Source: Candidatus Oxydemutatoraceae bacterium
Lineage (GTDB): Bacteria > Pseudomonadota > Gammaproteobacteria > Poriferisulfidales > Oxydemutatoraceae
Reading direction: 5' to 3'
DNA: 64,000 nucleotides
NCBI GenBank assembly: GCA_965220085.1
Contig: CBDCOZ010000002.1
Coordinates: 96,001-160,000, forward strand
Under the pieces are notes generated by a model. It was not told where the DNA came from. It did not search any database and saw nothing but the letters and a program-made list of their open reading frames with translations. Position numbers and translations under genes: made by a program. Position 1 is the first letter of the stretch, and each line of letters opens with the position of its first letter. Of this stretch, positions 38,759 through 47,875 are shown piece after piece.

Positions 38759-39868
38759 ATGGGAAACAGAGAAAAAGTTGTCATTGTGGTTGGGGCAGGA
38801 TCGACCTACTCGGACGGATTGCGGTGCCCAATTGAGTTTCGCCCTCCCCTCAATATGGGGTTTTTTAGCAATTGCAAGAAAGATATGGAGTTATCTGATT
38901 CCTTAGACAAGGTGAGGAAATCCCTTATCAGGCTGTACGGTGTGGACCCGCTTGTTGAGAGTAACGACAATTTGGAAAGTATTTTGGTGAAAGTTCACTC
39001 CGATTTGCTTTGTCTTGGTACTCATGCATCCGGACGCGGGGATATTGAAGAGGTATTCAGGAACTTGGTCTTCCTCCTAAACAGCAGAATGGCCCATACC
39101 ACTAACGAATTAGAGCCTACTAAGCACTCTAATATCAGAAAGATACTCTCCCTGTATTTGAACAAAACGGATTTTACACCGCAAGACCTTTGTTTCGTCA
39201 CATTCAATTATGACCTGCACATAGAGAGGAATCTTGAGAAAATGGATAGCCTTCAGATGTACGGTTCACATAAGGGAACCATTTTCAACTTTCCTTACTT
39301 GTACGGGTTGGGAGAAGACATTCGGGTAACCAATCCTCGTAGCGGCCCCACATTCGCCGAAGCGGAATCTTCCCGCAAGGGCAGGATTGCTCTGTTGAAG
39401 TTACACGGTTCTCTGAATTGGTATTCTAGTCACACTTCATCAAAGCCTTCCTACAACGCTCTGTGTAATGCTGAAAGGACAATCCGCGTGACTTCCAGAC
39501 AAGTGGTGAATCCTGACATGTACATCAAGAGAGGAAAAAAGAGATGGACGACATACCCGGTAGTTGTTCCTCCGATTATTGGCAAAGCTGCCGTTTTTCA
39601 TCAGCGCATTAAGAAAGTCTGGGCGGCGGCGCGGCACCATCTCAGTACTGCAACGGAAGTTGTGATTTTTGGCTACTCGTTTCCGTCAGGGGACTATGAG
39701 AGCGTAAACATGCTCGAGAATGCGGTCGGGAAAAACGAACACTGCCGCCATGTCCGGATAATAAACCCAGACCCCTCTGTGGTACTCAGGATGGGATTAA
39801 TCCCAAAGAACAAGCCGATAACGTTATTTCCCGATGCCAAGTCATTTCTTGCGACCCGCGCCCGATAA
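38759..39868 (+). CDS. SIR2-like domain protein (putative NADase defence effector)
   Basis: VVGAGST, VTFNYD, LLKLHGSLNW, VVPP..K, IFGYSF..D. Confidence 0.85.
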   Translation: MGNREKVVIVVGAGSTYSDGLRCPIEFRPPLNMGFFSNCKKDMELSDSLDKVRKSLIRLYGVDPLVESNDNLESILVKVHSDLLCLGTHASGRGDIEEVFRNLVFLLNSRMAHTTNELEPTKHSNIRKILSLYLNKTDFTPQDLCFVTFNYDLHIERNLEKMDSLQMYGSHKGTIFNFPYLYGLGEDIRVTNPRSGPTFAEAESSRKGRIALLKLHGSLNWYSSHTSSKPSYNALCNAERTIRVTSRQVVNPDMYIKRGKKRWTTYPVVVPPIIGKAAVFHQRIKKVWAAARHHLSTATEVVIFGYSFPSGDYESVNMLENAVGKNEHCRHVRIINPDPSVVLRMGLIPKNKPITLFPDAKSFLATRAR

Positions 39869-39921
39869 CCTTCGTCCCGCCTGTGTGGAAACACCGGCGG
39901 GGCTATGCTACGGCGAATCCG

Positions 39922-40182
39922 TCAGTCTCGCATTGCCGCGTTGACAGACTTGTTGTCTACCCTGACATGGGCGACAGATCTGCCGTGCTTATCGCGGGCT
40001 AACGTTTGAATTATGACCTGCTTGTTTTTAATGAGGCCCGACAGTTTCTTTTTTGCGTTGGCAGCGTCGCGTTGCCCCATCTCCGAAGCATACACGTTAG
40101 CTAAGCGGACCGGATGTTTCCGACTCGCCGTTTTGAAAGTGTCGCCGCCAATGATTTCTGTAACTATTTCTTTTCTGCGCAT
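39922..40182 (-). CDS. Small thermonuclease (SNase)-family protein with degenerate motifs
   Basis: IIGGDT (usual IDGDT), VRLANVYASE (usual DAPE), DKHGRSVA, SVN; RBS GGAGG. Confidence 0.75.
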   Translation of the reverse strand: MRRKEIVTEIIGGDTFKTASRKHPVRLANVYASEMGQRDAANAKKKLSGLIKNKQVIIQTLARDKHGRSVAHVRVDNKSVNAAMRD

Positions 40183-40365
40183 AGCACCCTCCTGTGTTTC
40201 TGTATTGATTTAAAATTATGGTCAATATTATGAACGGTTGAAATTATAGCAGGGTTTTGAAAATGATCGGAGAGACTCGGGCTTGTCATGTTCCGCCGAG
40301 TAGCTCAAGCACCGGCATTACGGATTGTTGCCGAAGGCTGAACACAGTCCGTAGTGTGTTTCCCG

Positions 40366-41266
40366 CTACCGCAGCGGGCCTTCCAGAAAAAGACGCAGCC
40401 GCAAGCGCAGGGCGTCAGGCGCTATGGCAAAGGTGATGGTGGCGGGGTTGTCGCTGTACAGCAACGCTCCGCTCGTTTGTCCGGCAGGAGCGGCGCCAAC
40501 CTTGAATCTGAAACTGGCATAGTTGGCATCGGGCATGGCGGTGCCGGGCAGTCTGTATGCAAATGTGGGTATACTGTTGCCTTCCAACTGAATCCCCCTG
40601 CCACTGATCAATCTCACATCAAGATTTTCTTGCAGTATTCGTCCCCCGTTAGTTTCAAGCGTGCCGTTGGCGGGCAAGGTTAGAATTTCCAGAGCGGTAA
40701 GAACATCGCCATCCTCATCTTCGAACGGAAAGTCGGTCGTCTTGAAGCGGTAGAAGGTAGTGCCCGGCGCTATGTAAATGGTGTTGTCCAGTGAAACCGG
40801 GGCATCATCGACATTGGCCACGGCGGTGGCTATCTGCAGGCATCGCTCCTCGTCATTGTTGGCATTGTCTCGAAAGCGCACGCAAATCTGCAGAAACTTG
40901 CCGACATGGGCCTGCAAGGGGGTGAAAGTAGGCGCGAGGGGGTGAACGGGAGTGTAGGCGCCGCCATGGGTGTCGGCCTGGCTCCAGATCCAGGTTGTGG
41001 AACCGAGGTCGGTGGTTGGCGTATTGTCCGGGTCTTCTATGGTGCCTTGGGTTGCGGTGATGGCGGAGTCTTCGGTGGGCGCGTTTAGGTTGCCGACATA
41101 GGTGACGGTTGGCATACCGGTGGCCGGATTGTTCTGCGCCTGCGCCTGAGTGGCTAGGATACAAAACGCGAGCAGGCAGAGTGCGCTACTCGCTACCCGC
41201 CGGTTACACGCATAGGGCGGGGGGGGGGGGGGGGGGGGGGGGGGTATTATAAACTTGTTGGTTCAT
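40366..41266 (-). CDS. Secreted cadherin/Ig-like adhesin-type protein, out of frame at a poly-G tract
   Basis: RBS AGGAG and ATG 41266 (MNQQVYNTPPP..), signal peptide RRVASSALCLLAFCILATQAQA, beta-rich DxD domains (EDPD, NVDDAP, DEDGD). Confidence 0.75.
41219..41244. repeat. G26 homopolymer in the 5' coding region of the adhesin-like gene
   Basis: 26 consecutive G. Confidence 0.9.
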
Positions 41267-41322
41267 ATCTATTCTCCTATTCTTGGACATTCTGTTGCTT
41301 GGTGGCGTAGCAAATGTAGCCG

Positions 41323-41670
41323 TCAATCCGTTGCCCGTTGCCGGACAGAACTTTGGTGTTGTTCCAGGATAGCGGCAAGGTCTTCTTGGAGCATCCGGAC
41401 ATTTCCTTCTCGGTGAAATCGTTCCAGAAGGACGGTAAGGTCATCGTACATTATCCGGATTCTCTCTTCTTGGTCATGCGGAAGCGCCTGAGCATCTTGT
41501 TGCTCCATGGCATCGCGAATGTAGTTGCCAACTCGCCGCCAGTCGCCGGCCAAGGCTTTGGCATCATCTTGAAAAGACGGCAAGTCCTTTTCAGTGAGGC
41601 GGACGGGCGGAGGGCATATCTGAAATACGGATGCCATTCCGCGCAGGTAGTGTTTTATCTTCTCGGTCAT
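41323..41670 (-). CDS. Small hypothetical protein, paralogue of 42946-43239
   Basis: MTEKIKHYLRGMASVF..DDAKALAGDW.RVG.YIR shared; different C-terminal extension. Confidence 0.75.
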   Translation of the reverse strand: MTEKIKHYLRGMASVFQICPPPVRLTEKDLPSFQDDAKALAGDWRRVGNYIRDAMEQQDAQALPHDQEERIRIMYDDLTVLLERFHREGNVRMLQEDLAAILEQHQSSVRQRATD

Positions 41671-41683
41671 CACAATTCCTATC

Positions 41684-42244
41684 TCATGCGGAGGGATTAC
41701 GCTTGTCAGGTTCGTTTGGTGTCATCTCCATAGAATGAAGCAACGCATCGCGTAACTTAATTCCAATGACATAAGTTATCTTTTTTGCCTCTAAACCGGC
41801 ATCGTAAGCATAGTCGGTTATCACTTTGTATTCCTCCGGGGCATTTTCTTTCAAGTCTTTCAACAAGTCATTTTTTGCATAAGAAAAGCAGTGCTCTTGT
41901 ATCTCATAACGGTTCATGCCAACCACCCTGTCCTTCAGTTTATCAGCGTAGAGAGTGGCTATGCCGTCGGCCTTTGCTTTCTCAGATATTTCTTTCCCGT
42001 AATCAGTCAGGTTGATAGGGCTGGTTGATTGGGCAACCGACGCTCCAAACTTGGTACTGAGTACGCTCTGCAATCCTTGAACGGTGTTACTCAGGGTTTT
42101 AAGGCCTTTCTCCAATCTGGCAAAGCGAGCCTCCAAAGCATCAAGTCTCGTATTTGTTTTAGTGACAAATCGTGTGGCGCAAACGATGACCACAACCGCC
42201 GCCGCCAGCAGCCCGGAAGTAAGCAGGAAATCAAAAAGCAACAT
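41684..42244 (-). CDS. Hypothetical protein with N-terminal TM helix and coiled coil
   Basis: 186 aa, hydrophobic N-terminus, SPINLTDYGKEI motif. Confidence 0.7.
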   Translation of the reverse strand: MLLFDFLLTSGLLAAAVVVIVCATRFVTKTNTRLDALEARFARLEKGLKTLSNTVQGLQSVLSTKFGASVAQSTSPINLTDYGKEISEKAKADGIATLYADKLKDRVVGMNRYEIQEHCFSYAKNDLLKDLKENAPEEYKVITDYAYDAGLEAKKITYVIGIKLRDALLHSMEMTPNEPDKRNPSA

Positions 42245-42412
42245 AGGTTAAAGCAAAAATGTATTAACAATCAATGCGCACATTATATACATACAATCAA
42301 TGCGCGCTTGGCATGCATATCATATAAATTACCTATGGTGGCATCTGTATATCCTTTAATAAGCCGCATATGCGGTCTATGCATTCGGTCAAAGAACCTT
42401 GGCAAAGCGCGG

Positions 42413-42519
42413 AACCTTGCCATCGCTACGGTGCGATTGTCAGATACGGCGAGAGCCGTTTTCGCGATGCCCACAGCAACAGCAAGCCCGGAACAGCCAT
42501 CACCGCTGTCAGAACAAAG
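42413..42519 (-). repeat. Diverged copy of the ampG 3' end (107 bp)
   Basis: Aligns to 43448-43554. Confidence 0.92.
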
Positions 42520-42542
42520 GGACGCAAGAGACTCGGTCAAAG

Positions 42543-42992
42543 TTAAGAGCTGCTCTTGTGCAGAGCGTAGCCCACAACCACAGACAGGATGGTGCCAAGC
42601 CCAATAGCGGGCCAGCCCTGATCGTAATATAGACCAAAGGCAATCACTCCCAAGGCGGCTAGGATGACAACAAGCCAAATCCATTGCCCTCGTTTTTGTG
42701 CGATGTGAAATTGGTTCATGTCATTCTCCACAAAGTCATTACGCTTCTGTTGCTCTGCTTCGGCCATACGCAAGATGCGCTCGGCTGCGCCAGGCAAGAC
42801 CGCATCATACCGGGCAAAATCTTCGGGTGTGGGTAGGGGGCCGTAATGCGCTTGTATAGAATGTGTTTCTATAACCCTCCCCTGTTCCCGTTCCGGTACA
42901 ATTGTACCCTCTCGTGCGGATTCCGTCGGAAGGGGTGAGGGCGGCTTACTTGATGTCTGTCGCTTGCGCTTGGATGTCTTTTTCTTGGACAT
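42543..42992 (-). CDS. DUF2335-like membrane protein
   Basis: YGPLPTP..YDAVLPGAAERILRMAE.EQ..R followed by two TM helices. Confidence 0.85.
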   Translation of the reverse strand: MSKKKTSKRKRQTSSKPPSPLPTESAREGTIVPEREQGRVIETHSIQAHYGPLPTPEDFARYDAVLPGAAERILRMAEAEQQKRNDFVENDMNQFHIAQKRGQWIWLVVILAALGVIAFGLYYDQGWPAIGLGTILSVVVGYALHKSSS

Positions 42993-43239
42993 TCTGTTGT
43001 TCCATGGCGCGGCGAATATAACCACCGACCCGCTGCCAGTCGCCGGCTAAGGCTTTGGCATCATCGTGGAAAGAAGGCAAGTTCTTCTCGGTGAAGCGTT
43101 TGGGCGCAGGATATATTTGGAATGCGGATGTCCTCAAGTATGCCTTGCGCCGACCCTTGGAGAACTCAAGTTTGGGCGCAGGGGATATTGGGAATACGGA
43201 TGCCATCCCGCGCAAGTAGTGTTTTATCTTTTCTGTCAT
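42946..43239 (-). CDS. Small protein upstream of the DUF2335 gene
   Basis: D..AL..DW..VG motif; overlaps the DUF2335 start. Confidence 0.75.
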   Translation of the reverse strand: MTEKIKHYLRGMASVFPISPAPKLEFSKGRRKAYLRTSAFQIYPAPKRFTEKNLPSFHDDAKALAGDWQRVGGYIRRAMEQQNVQEKDIQAQATDIK

Positions 43240-43460
43240 AACAATCTTTAATGTGTTATCAGCATCAAGCGACTTACTATTATAGTACAAAGTTCAGAAT
43301 GCTTGGTTTTGTCTGTTACCAATACATATTACACTGAGGACAAAATTTGTGCAATTCGGGTCATTATGGCTTATTTTCCTTCTAAAGGTGTCCAAACCAA
43401 GCTGTCGAAAACAAGCCGGAACGCTCAAAAATCCGCCACCGATGTAGAACCTTGCCATCG

Positions 43461-44858
43461 CTACGATGCAATCGTCAGATAGGGGGAGAGCCGTTTTCGC
43501 GATGCCCACAGCAACAGCAAGCCCGGAACAGCCATCACCGCTGTCAGGACAAAGAAGATGTCCCAGGCGCCGCCCAGCGCATCGACGACTTGCCCGCTGT
43601 GCGCCGACAGGGTTGTGCGCGAGAGGTTGCCGATCGATGCGAGGAGTGCGTATTGGGTGGCGGTGTAGGCGCGGTCGCACAGTTGCGAGATGAAGGCGAC
43701 GAAGGCGACGGTTGAGATGGCCGAGGTGAATTGGTCGCTGACGACGGCGGCGGCAAACAGGCTGATGTCGGGCCCGACGCGCGCCAGCCATGCGAACATC
43801 AGGTTGGTTGCCGCCATCGCGATGCCGCAGATTATCAGCCCTTTGAGCAAGCCGTAGCGGATGCTAAAGAGACTGCCGAGGATGGAAAAGACGACGATGG
43901 TTCCCCAGCCGAGTAGCTTTGAGTAGGTGGCGATGTCGGCTTCGCTGAAACCGACTTCGCGATAAAACAGCAACGACATGCGGCCAAGAAAAGCCTCGCC
44001 GACTTTGAACAGGACGATGAAGCCGAGCAGCAACAAGGCGGTTTGCATGCCGTTGCGGCGGAAGAATTCGGACAGCGGCAACCAGAACGATGCCCGAATC
44101 CATGCGCCGGCATTGCTGAGCACATTGCCAAGGGCATTGCCAAGCACATGACCGGGCGCATGACCAAGCACAGGGCCGGAAGCGTTGCCGGCTTTGATGC
44201 CAGTTAGCACCGCCGCTCGCTCGCTTGCGGGTTCTTTGGCGAACAGCAGCGCGATGTTGGTCGCCACGATGACAACGGCCATCAGCAGATACGTCATCCC
44301 CCACGGGTTTTCAACGCCGGCTTGTTTGAGCCAGTCCGCCGCATACAGTGCGATGGCGCCGCCCGCGTTATAGCCGGTGTACCAGCCGGCGGTTGCAATC
44401 GCAGCGCCCGCCGCAATCATCGCCGATTCATTCTTTTGCATCAGTTCAATGCGCATCGCATCGATGGCGACATCCTGAGTGGCGGATGCGGCGGCGATAA
44501 TCAAACCGAAGGTTGCAATCACCCACGGATTGACGGGCAACGAATAAAAATACAAGCCGACGGCGGACAGCAGGATGACGGCTTGCAACATCAGAATCCA
44601 CGACCGCCTGCGTCCCAGCGCATCGCCAAGCCACGGGATGCGCAGCGCATCGACGAGCGGCGCCCACAGAAAGTTCAGAGCGTAGACGGTGGCGATGTAG
44701 CCGAACAGACCGATGGCGCTGCGGGTGAAGCCCGCGTCCTTGAGCCACAGCGTTATCATCGCGCCGTGCAGCACCCACGGCAAACCGCTGATGATGCCTA
44801 TCAGCAGCACCTTGGCGAGGCGGCTGTCGGCATAGGCTTTGAGCACGGAGGCGGTCAT
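43461..44858 (-). CDS. ampG: AmpG-family muropeptide MFS permease
   Basis: GIISGLP, NFLWAPLVD, GRRRSW, SATQDVAIDA.RIE, YTATQYALL; ATGA overlap with xth. Confidence 0.9.
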   Translation of the reverse strand: MTASVLKAYADSRLAKVLLIGIISGLPWVLHGAMITLWLKDAGFTRSAIGLFGYIATVYALNFLWAPLVDALRIPWLGDALGRRRSWILMLQAVILLSAVGLYFYSLPVNPWVIATFGLIIAAASATQDVAIDAMRIELMQKNESAMIAAGAAIATAGWYTGYNAGGAIALYAADWLKQAGVENPWGMTYLLMAVVIVATNIALLFAKEPASERAAVLTGIKAGNASGPVLGHAPGHVLGNALGNVLSNAGAWIRASFWLPLSEFFRRNGMQTALLLLGFIVLFKVGEAFLGRMSLLFYREVGFSEADIATYSKLLGWGTIVVFSILGSLFSIRYGLLKGLIICGIAMAATNLMFAWLARVGPDISLFAAAVVSDQFTSAISTVAFVAFISQLCDRAYTATQYALLASIGNLSRTTLSAHSGQVVDALGGAWDIFFVLTAVMAVPGLLLLWASRKRLSPYLTIAS

Positions 44859-45652
44859 GTCGCGGATGTCACAGAAATGGCGGGCGGCAGTTTGTAGTCT
44901 ATTATCAGCGGCGCGTGATCGGAGAAGAAGCGCTCCTTGTAGATGCGCGCTTTGTCGGCGCACCCGCGCAAGGCCGGGGATGTCACGTGATAGTCGATGC
45001 GCCAGCCGACATTCTTCGCCCGCGCCTGTCCGCGGTTTGACCACCAGGTGTACTGGTCGGGGCCGGGGCAGACTTCGCGAAAGGCGTCGTTGTAGCCGGC
45101 CTCATCAAACAGCCAGTCCAGCCAGGCGCGCTCCTCGGGCAGAAAGCCGGAATTTTTTCTGTTGCCGCGCCAGTTTTTCAAGTCTGTCTCTTTGTGCGCG
45201 ATGTTCCAGTCGCCGCAGATGATGTAGTGGCGTTTGCGCCGCTTGAGGGCGAGCAGGTGCGATTTGAATTCGTCCAAGAAGCGAAACTTGGCTTGCTGTC
45301 GTTCGTCGCTTGAGGAACCCGACGGCGCGTAGAGCGAGATGACAGAGAGATTTTTGAACTGCGCCTCGATGTAGCGGCCTTCGCTGTCAAACTCGCGGCT
45401 GCCAAAGCCGGCAATCACTTTGCGCGGCTTGTGGCGGCACAGCAGGCCGACGCCGCTGTAACCTTTTTTGAGCGCGCCGTGATAGTGGCAGCGGAACGCT
45501 TTGGGATGAAAGACCGTATCCGACAGTTGCTCGGGCTGGGCTTTGAGCTCCTGAATGCAGACGAAATCCGCCTTCTGTCGCGCAAGCCAGGCGAAGAAGC
45601 CCTTGGCGTTGGCGGAGCGGATGCCGTTGGCGTTGAAACATATTATGCGCAT
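44855..45652 (-). CDS. xth: Exodeoxyribonuclease III
   Basis: NANGIRS, CIQELK, GYSGV, GDWNIAH, YTWWS, GWRIDY, SDHAP. Confidence 0.95.
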   Translation of the reverse strand: MRIICFNANGIRSANAKGFFAWLARQKADFVCIQELKAQPEQLSDTVFHPKAFRCHYHGALKKGYSGVGLLCRHKPRKVIAGFGSREFDSEGRYIEAQFKNLSVISLYAPSGSSSDERQQAKFRFLDEFKSHLLALKRRKRHYIICGDWNIAHKETDLKNWRGNRKNSGFLPEERAWLDWLFDEAGYNDAFREVCPGPDQYTWWSNRGQARAKNVGWRIDYHVTSPALRGCADKARIYKERFFSDHAPLIIDYKLPPAISVTSAT

Positions 45653-45786
45653 AGGCTCATCGTCGGCTTGGCGCGGTTGCGACTGTTTTCCTGTTTGTGG
45701 CGGCGCTTGTTCATGGCTACTTTGGTCGCCGACCTTTCCTTTCGGAATTGAGGCCGGCCTTACATCATAATAGCGCAGAGACTATA

Positions 45787-47865
45787 ATGGCAGAAATTTT
45801 TTCCATAAAAGTGGCTTCAATTTTTAGATTATATGCCAGCACGACATTTTGGGTGTTTATGCTTGCGCTAAGCTCGGCGGCGCTTGCCGATGAGCCGCGG
45901 AACTATTGCCCGGCCGAGCAGTCGGCGCGAAGCGGCGACAGAGAGATGGGGGTGTCCGCCGACAGGGTCGGCGCGCGCGAGAAAGGGATGTCGATGCTGG
46001 AGGGCAATGTGCAACTCAATTTGAGCGCCGCGCTCGTTCGCGCCGACAAGGTGACGTATGACTCGCAGAGCGAGCGCGTCAAAGCCAAGGGCGATGTGCG
46101 TTATACCAACTGCGATCCGAAAGACCCGTGGTGGTTTATTTCCGCCGATGAGGTTTCTTATGACGTTGCGAACAATCAGGGGCGGGTCAAAAATGCGTGG
46201 TTGCATTTTCTCGATGCGCCGGTTTTCTATCTGCCCCGCTATCGGTTCTCCACCAGCGATTCGGTGCGCCGAAGCGGCTTTCTGGCGCCGGAGATAGGCA
46301 ACTCCAGCACGTCGGGGCGCGAGATCAGCGCGCCGTTCTACTTTGACTTGGCGCCGAACAAAGACATCACCTTTGAGCCGCGGTATTACAGCAAACGGGG
46401 GACGCAACTCAATGTTGAGTCGCGCTATTTGTACAAGTTGGATCGCGGCAATTTTGAATTTTCCACGCTGGACGACAGCGAGTTCGATCAGGAGCGACAC
46501 GCCTATAAGTACAACCATGTTTCCGCCGTCGGCGACAAGTTTTCGGCAGAGCTCGACTTGCAGTATGTGTCCGATGACGAGTATCTGGAAGACTTCGGCA
46601 GAGGATTTAATGTGTACGGCGAGTCGTATCTGCGCAGCCACGCCACGATGAACTGGTTCTACCGCGGCTGGAATATGACACTCTCCGGCGAGCGCTTGGC
46701 GCGCTCCAGCGATGACGTATCGCCCGCGCGCCCGTATCAAAAGCGCCCCCGCTTTTCCGTCGGCAGACGGTTTGATCTGGATGACACCGGTCTGAGCGTC
46801 GGCGTGTTGTCGGACACCGCCGAATTCGCGAACAAGAACTCCTTTATTGCGGATGCCGCCGGCATGCAAACCGTTGTCCCCAAAGGCACGCGCTTTCACA
46901 ACGAGGCGGATATGCGGTGGTCGTATCGCCGTCCGGGGTTTCACGTTACGCCGCAAGTCTCTGTGCATCATACGCGCTACAAGCTGCGTCGCACCGACGA
47001 CCACAACCGCACCGTGCCGTCTTTTAGTTTGCGCACCGGGCTGGTATTTGAGAAAGACCACAGCCGCTATCGCCACACCCTTGAGCCCGAACTTTTTTAC
47101 CTCAATGTGCCCTACCGCGCGCAGGATGACTTGCCCGATTTTGATACCTCCGAGAGCGAGTTTCGCTTTGCGCGGTTGTTTGACAGAAACCGCTTTAACG
47201 GTATCGATCGCATCGGGGATGCGGATCAGGCGACCGCCGCCCTCACGTCGCGTCTGCTGCACAAGCGCAGCGGGATTGAAGCGTTGCGCATGAGCCTTGG
47301 CCGCACATTTTATTTTCGCAGCCGGCGGGTGAACTTGCCCGCCGCCGCCGGCGCGCCGCTGTCGGCGGCGCGCGAGAACAAGTCCGACCTCGCCGGCGAG
47401 GTCGCGATTAATCCGAATAGCAAGGTGCGGTTTCTGTCGTCGTTGATCTGGGATAGCGAAGAAAACGAGACCGAGCGGAGTATGCTGATGGCGTCGCTCA
47501 ATGGCGGCGAGGCGTATTCGGCGAATCTGTTTTTCGGACACAAGCGGGATGACTTTGAGCAGGCGGGAATCAGCGCGAACTTTCCGCTCGGCGGCAACTG
47601 GAAACTCTTCGGCGCGGCGTCGTATGATGTGGACAGCAAGAAATCGCTGAACACGCTTGCGGGGATCGAATACAACGATTGCTGTTTTAGCGCCAGAATA
47701 GGGTTCCAGCGGCGTTTGAACGATGTCACCGGCGAGGGCGGAGAAATAAGCGCCGGCGGATTGAGCCATGACAACTTTATCGGTTTGCAATTAAACTTGC
47801 ACGGCGTCGGAAGGGTCGGCGATGATGTGAGCAGTATGATTAAGAACTCCAGCTTTTTGCAGTGA
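45787..47865 (+). CDS. lptD: LPS assembly protein LptD
   Basis: YT.C.P, RRSGFL.P, PFYFDLAPN.D, LEPELFYL.VPY..Q, LF..NRF.G.DRI, EY.DCC; upstream of surA. Confidence 0.92.
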   Translation: MAEIFSIKVASIFRLYASTTFWVFMLALSSAALADEPRNYCPAEQSARSGDREMGVSADRVGAREKGMSMLEGNVQLNLSAALVRADKVTYDSQSERVKAKGDVRYTNCDPKDPWWFISADEVSYDVANNQGRVKNAWLHFLDAPVFYLPRYRFSTSDSVRRSGFLAPEIGNSSTSGREISAPFYFDLAPNKDITFEPRYYSKRGTQLNVESRYLYKLDRGNFEFSTLDDSEFDQERHAYKYNHVSAVGDKFSAELDLQYVSDDEYLEDFGRGFNVYGESYLRSHATMNWFYRGWNMTLSGERLARSSDDVSPARPYQKRPRFSVGRRFDLDDTGLSVGVLSDTAEFANKNSFIADAAGMQTVVPKGTRFHNEADMRWSYRRPGFHVTPQVSVHHTRYKLRRTDDHNRTVPSFSLRTGLVFEKDHSRYRHTLEPELFYLNVPYRAQDDLPDFDTSESEFRFARLFDRNRFNGIDRIGDADQATAALTSRLLHKRSGIEALRMSLGRTFYFRSRRVNLPAAAGAPLSAARENKSDLAGEVAINPNSKVRFLSSLIWDSEENETERSMLMASLNGGEAYSANLFFGHKRDDFEQAGISANFPLGGNWKLFGAASYDVDSKKSLNTLAGIEYNDCCFSARIGFQRRLNDVTGEGGEISAGGLSHDNFIGLQLNLHGVGRVGDDVSSMIKNSSFLQ

Positions 47866-47875
47866 GCGAGAATTG

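Larger units (their letters stand above)
3060..43447. mobile_element. Defence / eukaryote-like-protein genomic island between ctpA and ampG (no integrase or transposase seen)
   Basis: About 40 kb of R-M, TA, Abi and Sel1 genes between two housekeeping genes, with duplicated ampG 3' ends on the right side. Confidence 0.6.

Noticed and set aside
3060-43447. Integron cassette array
   Set aside because: There is no IntI gene and no consistent RYYYAAC..GTTRRRY attC sites
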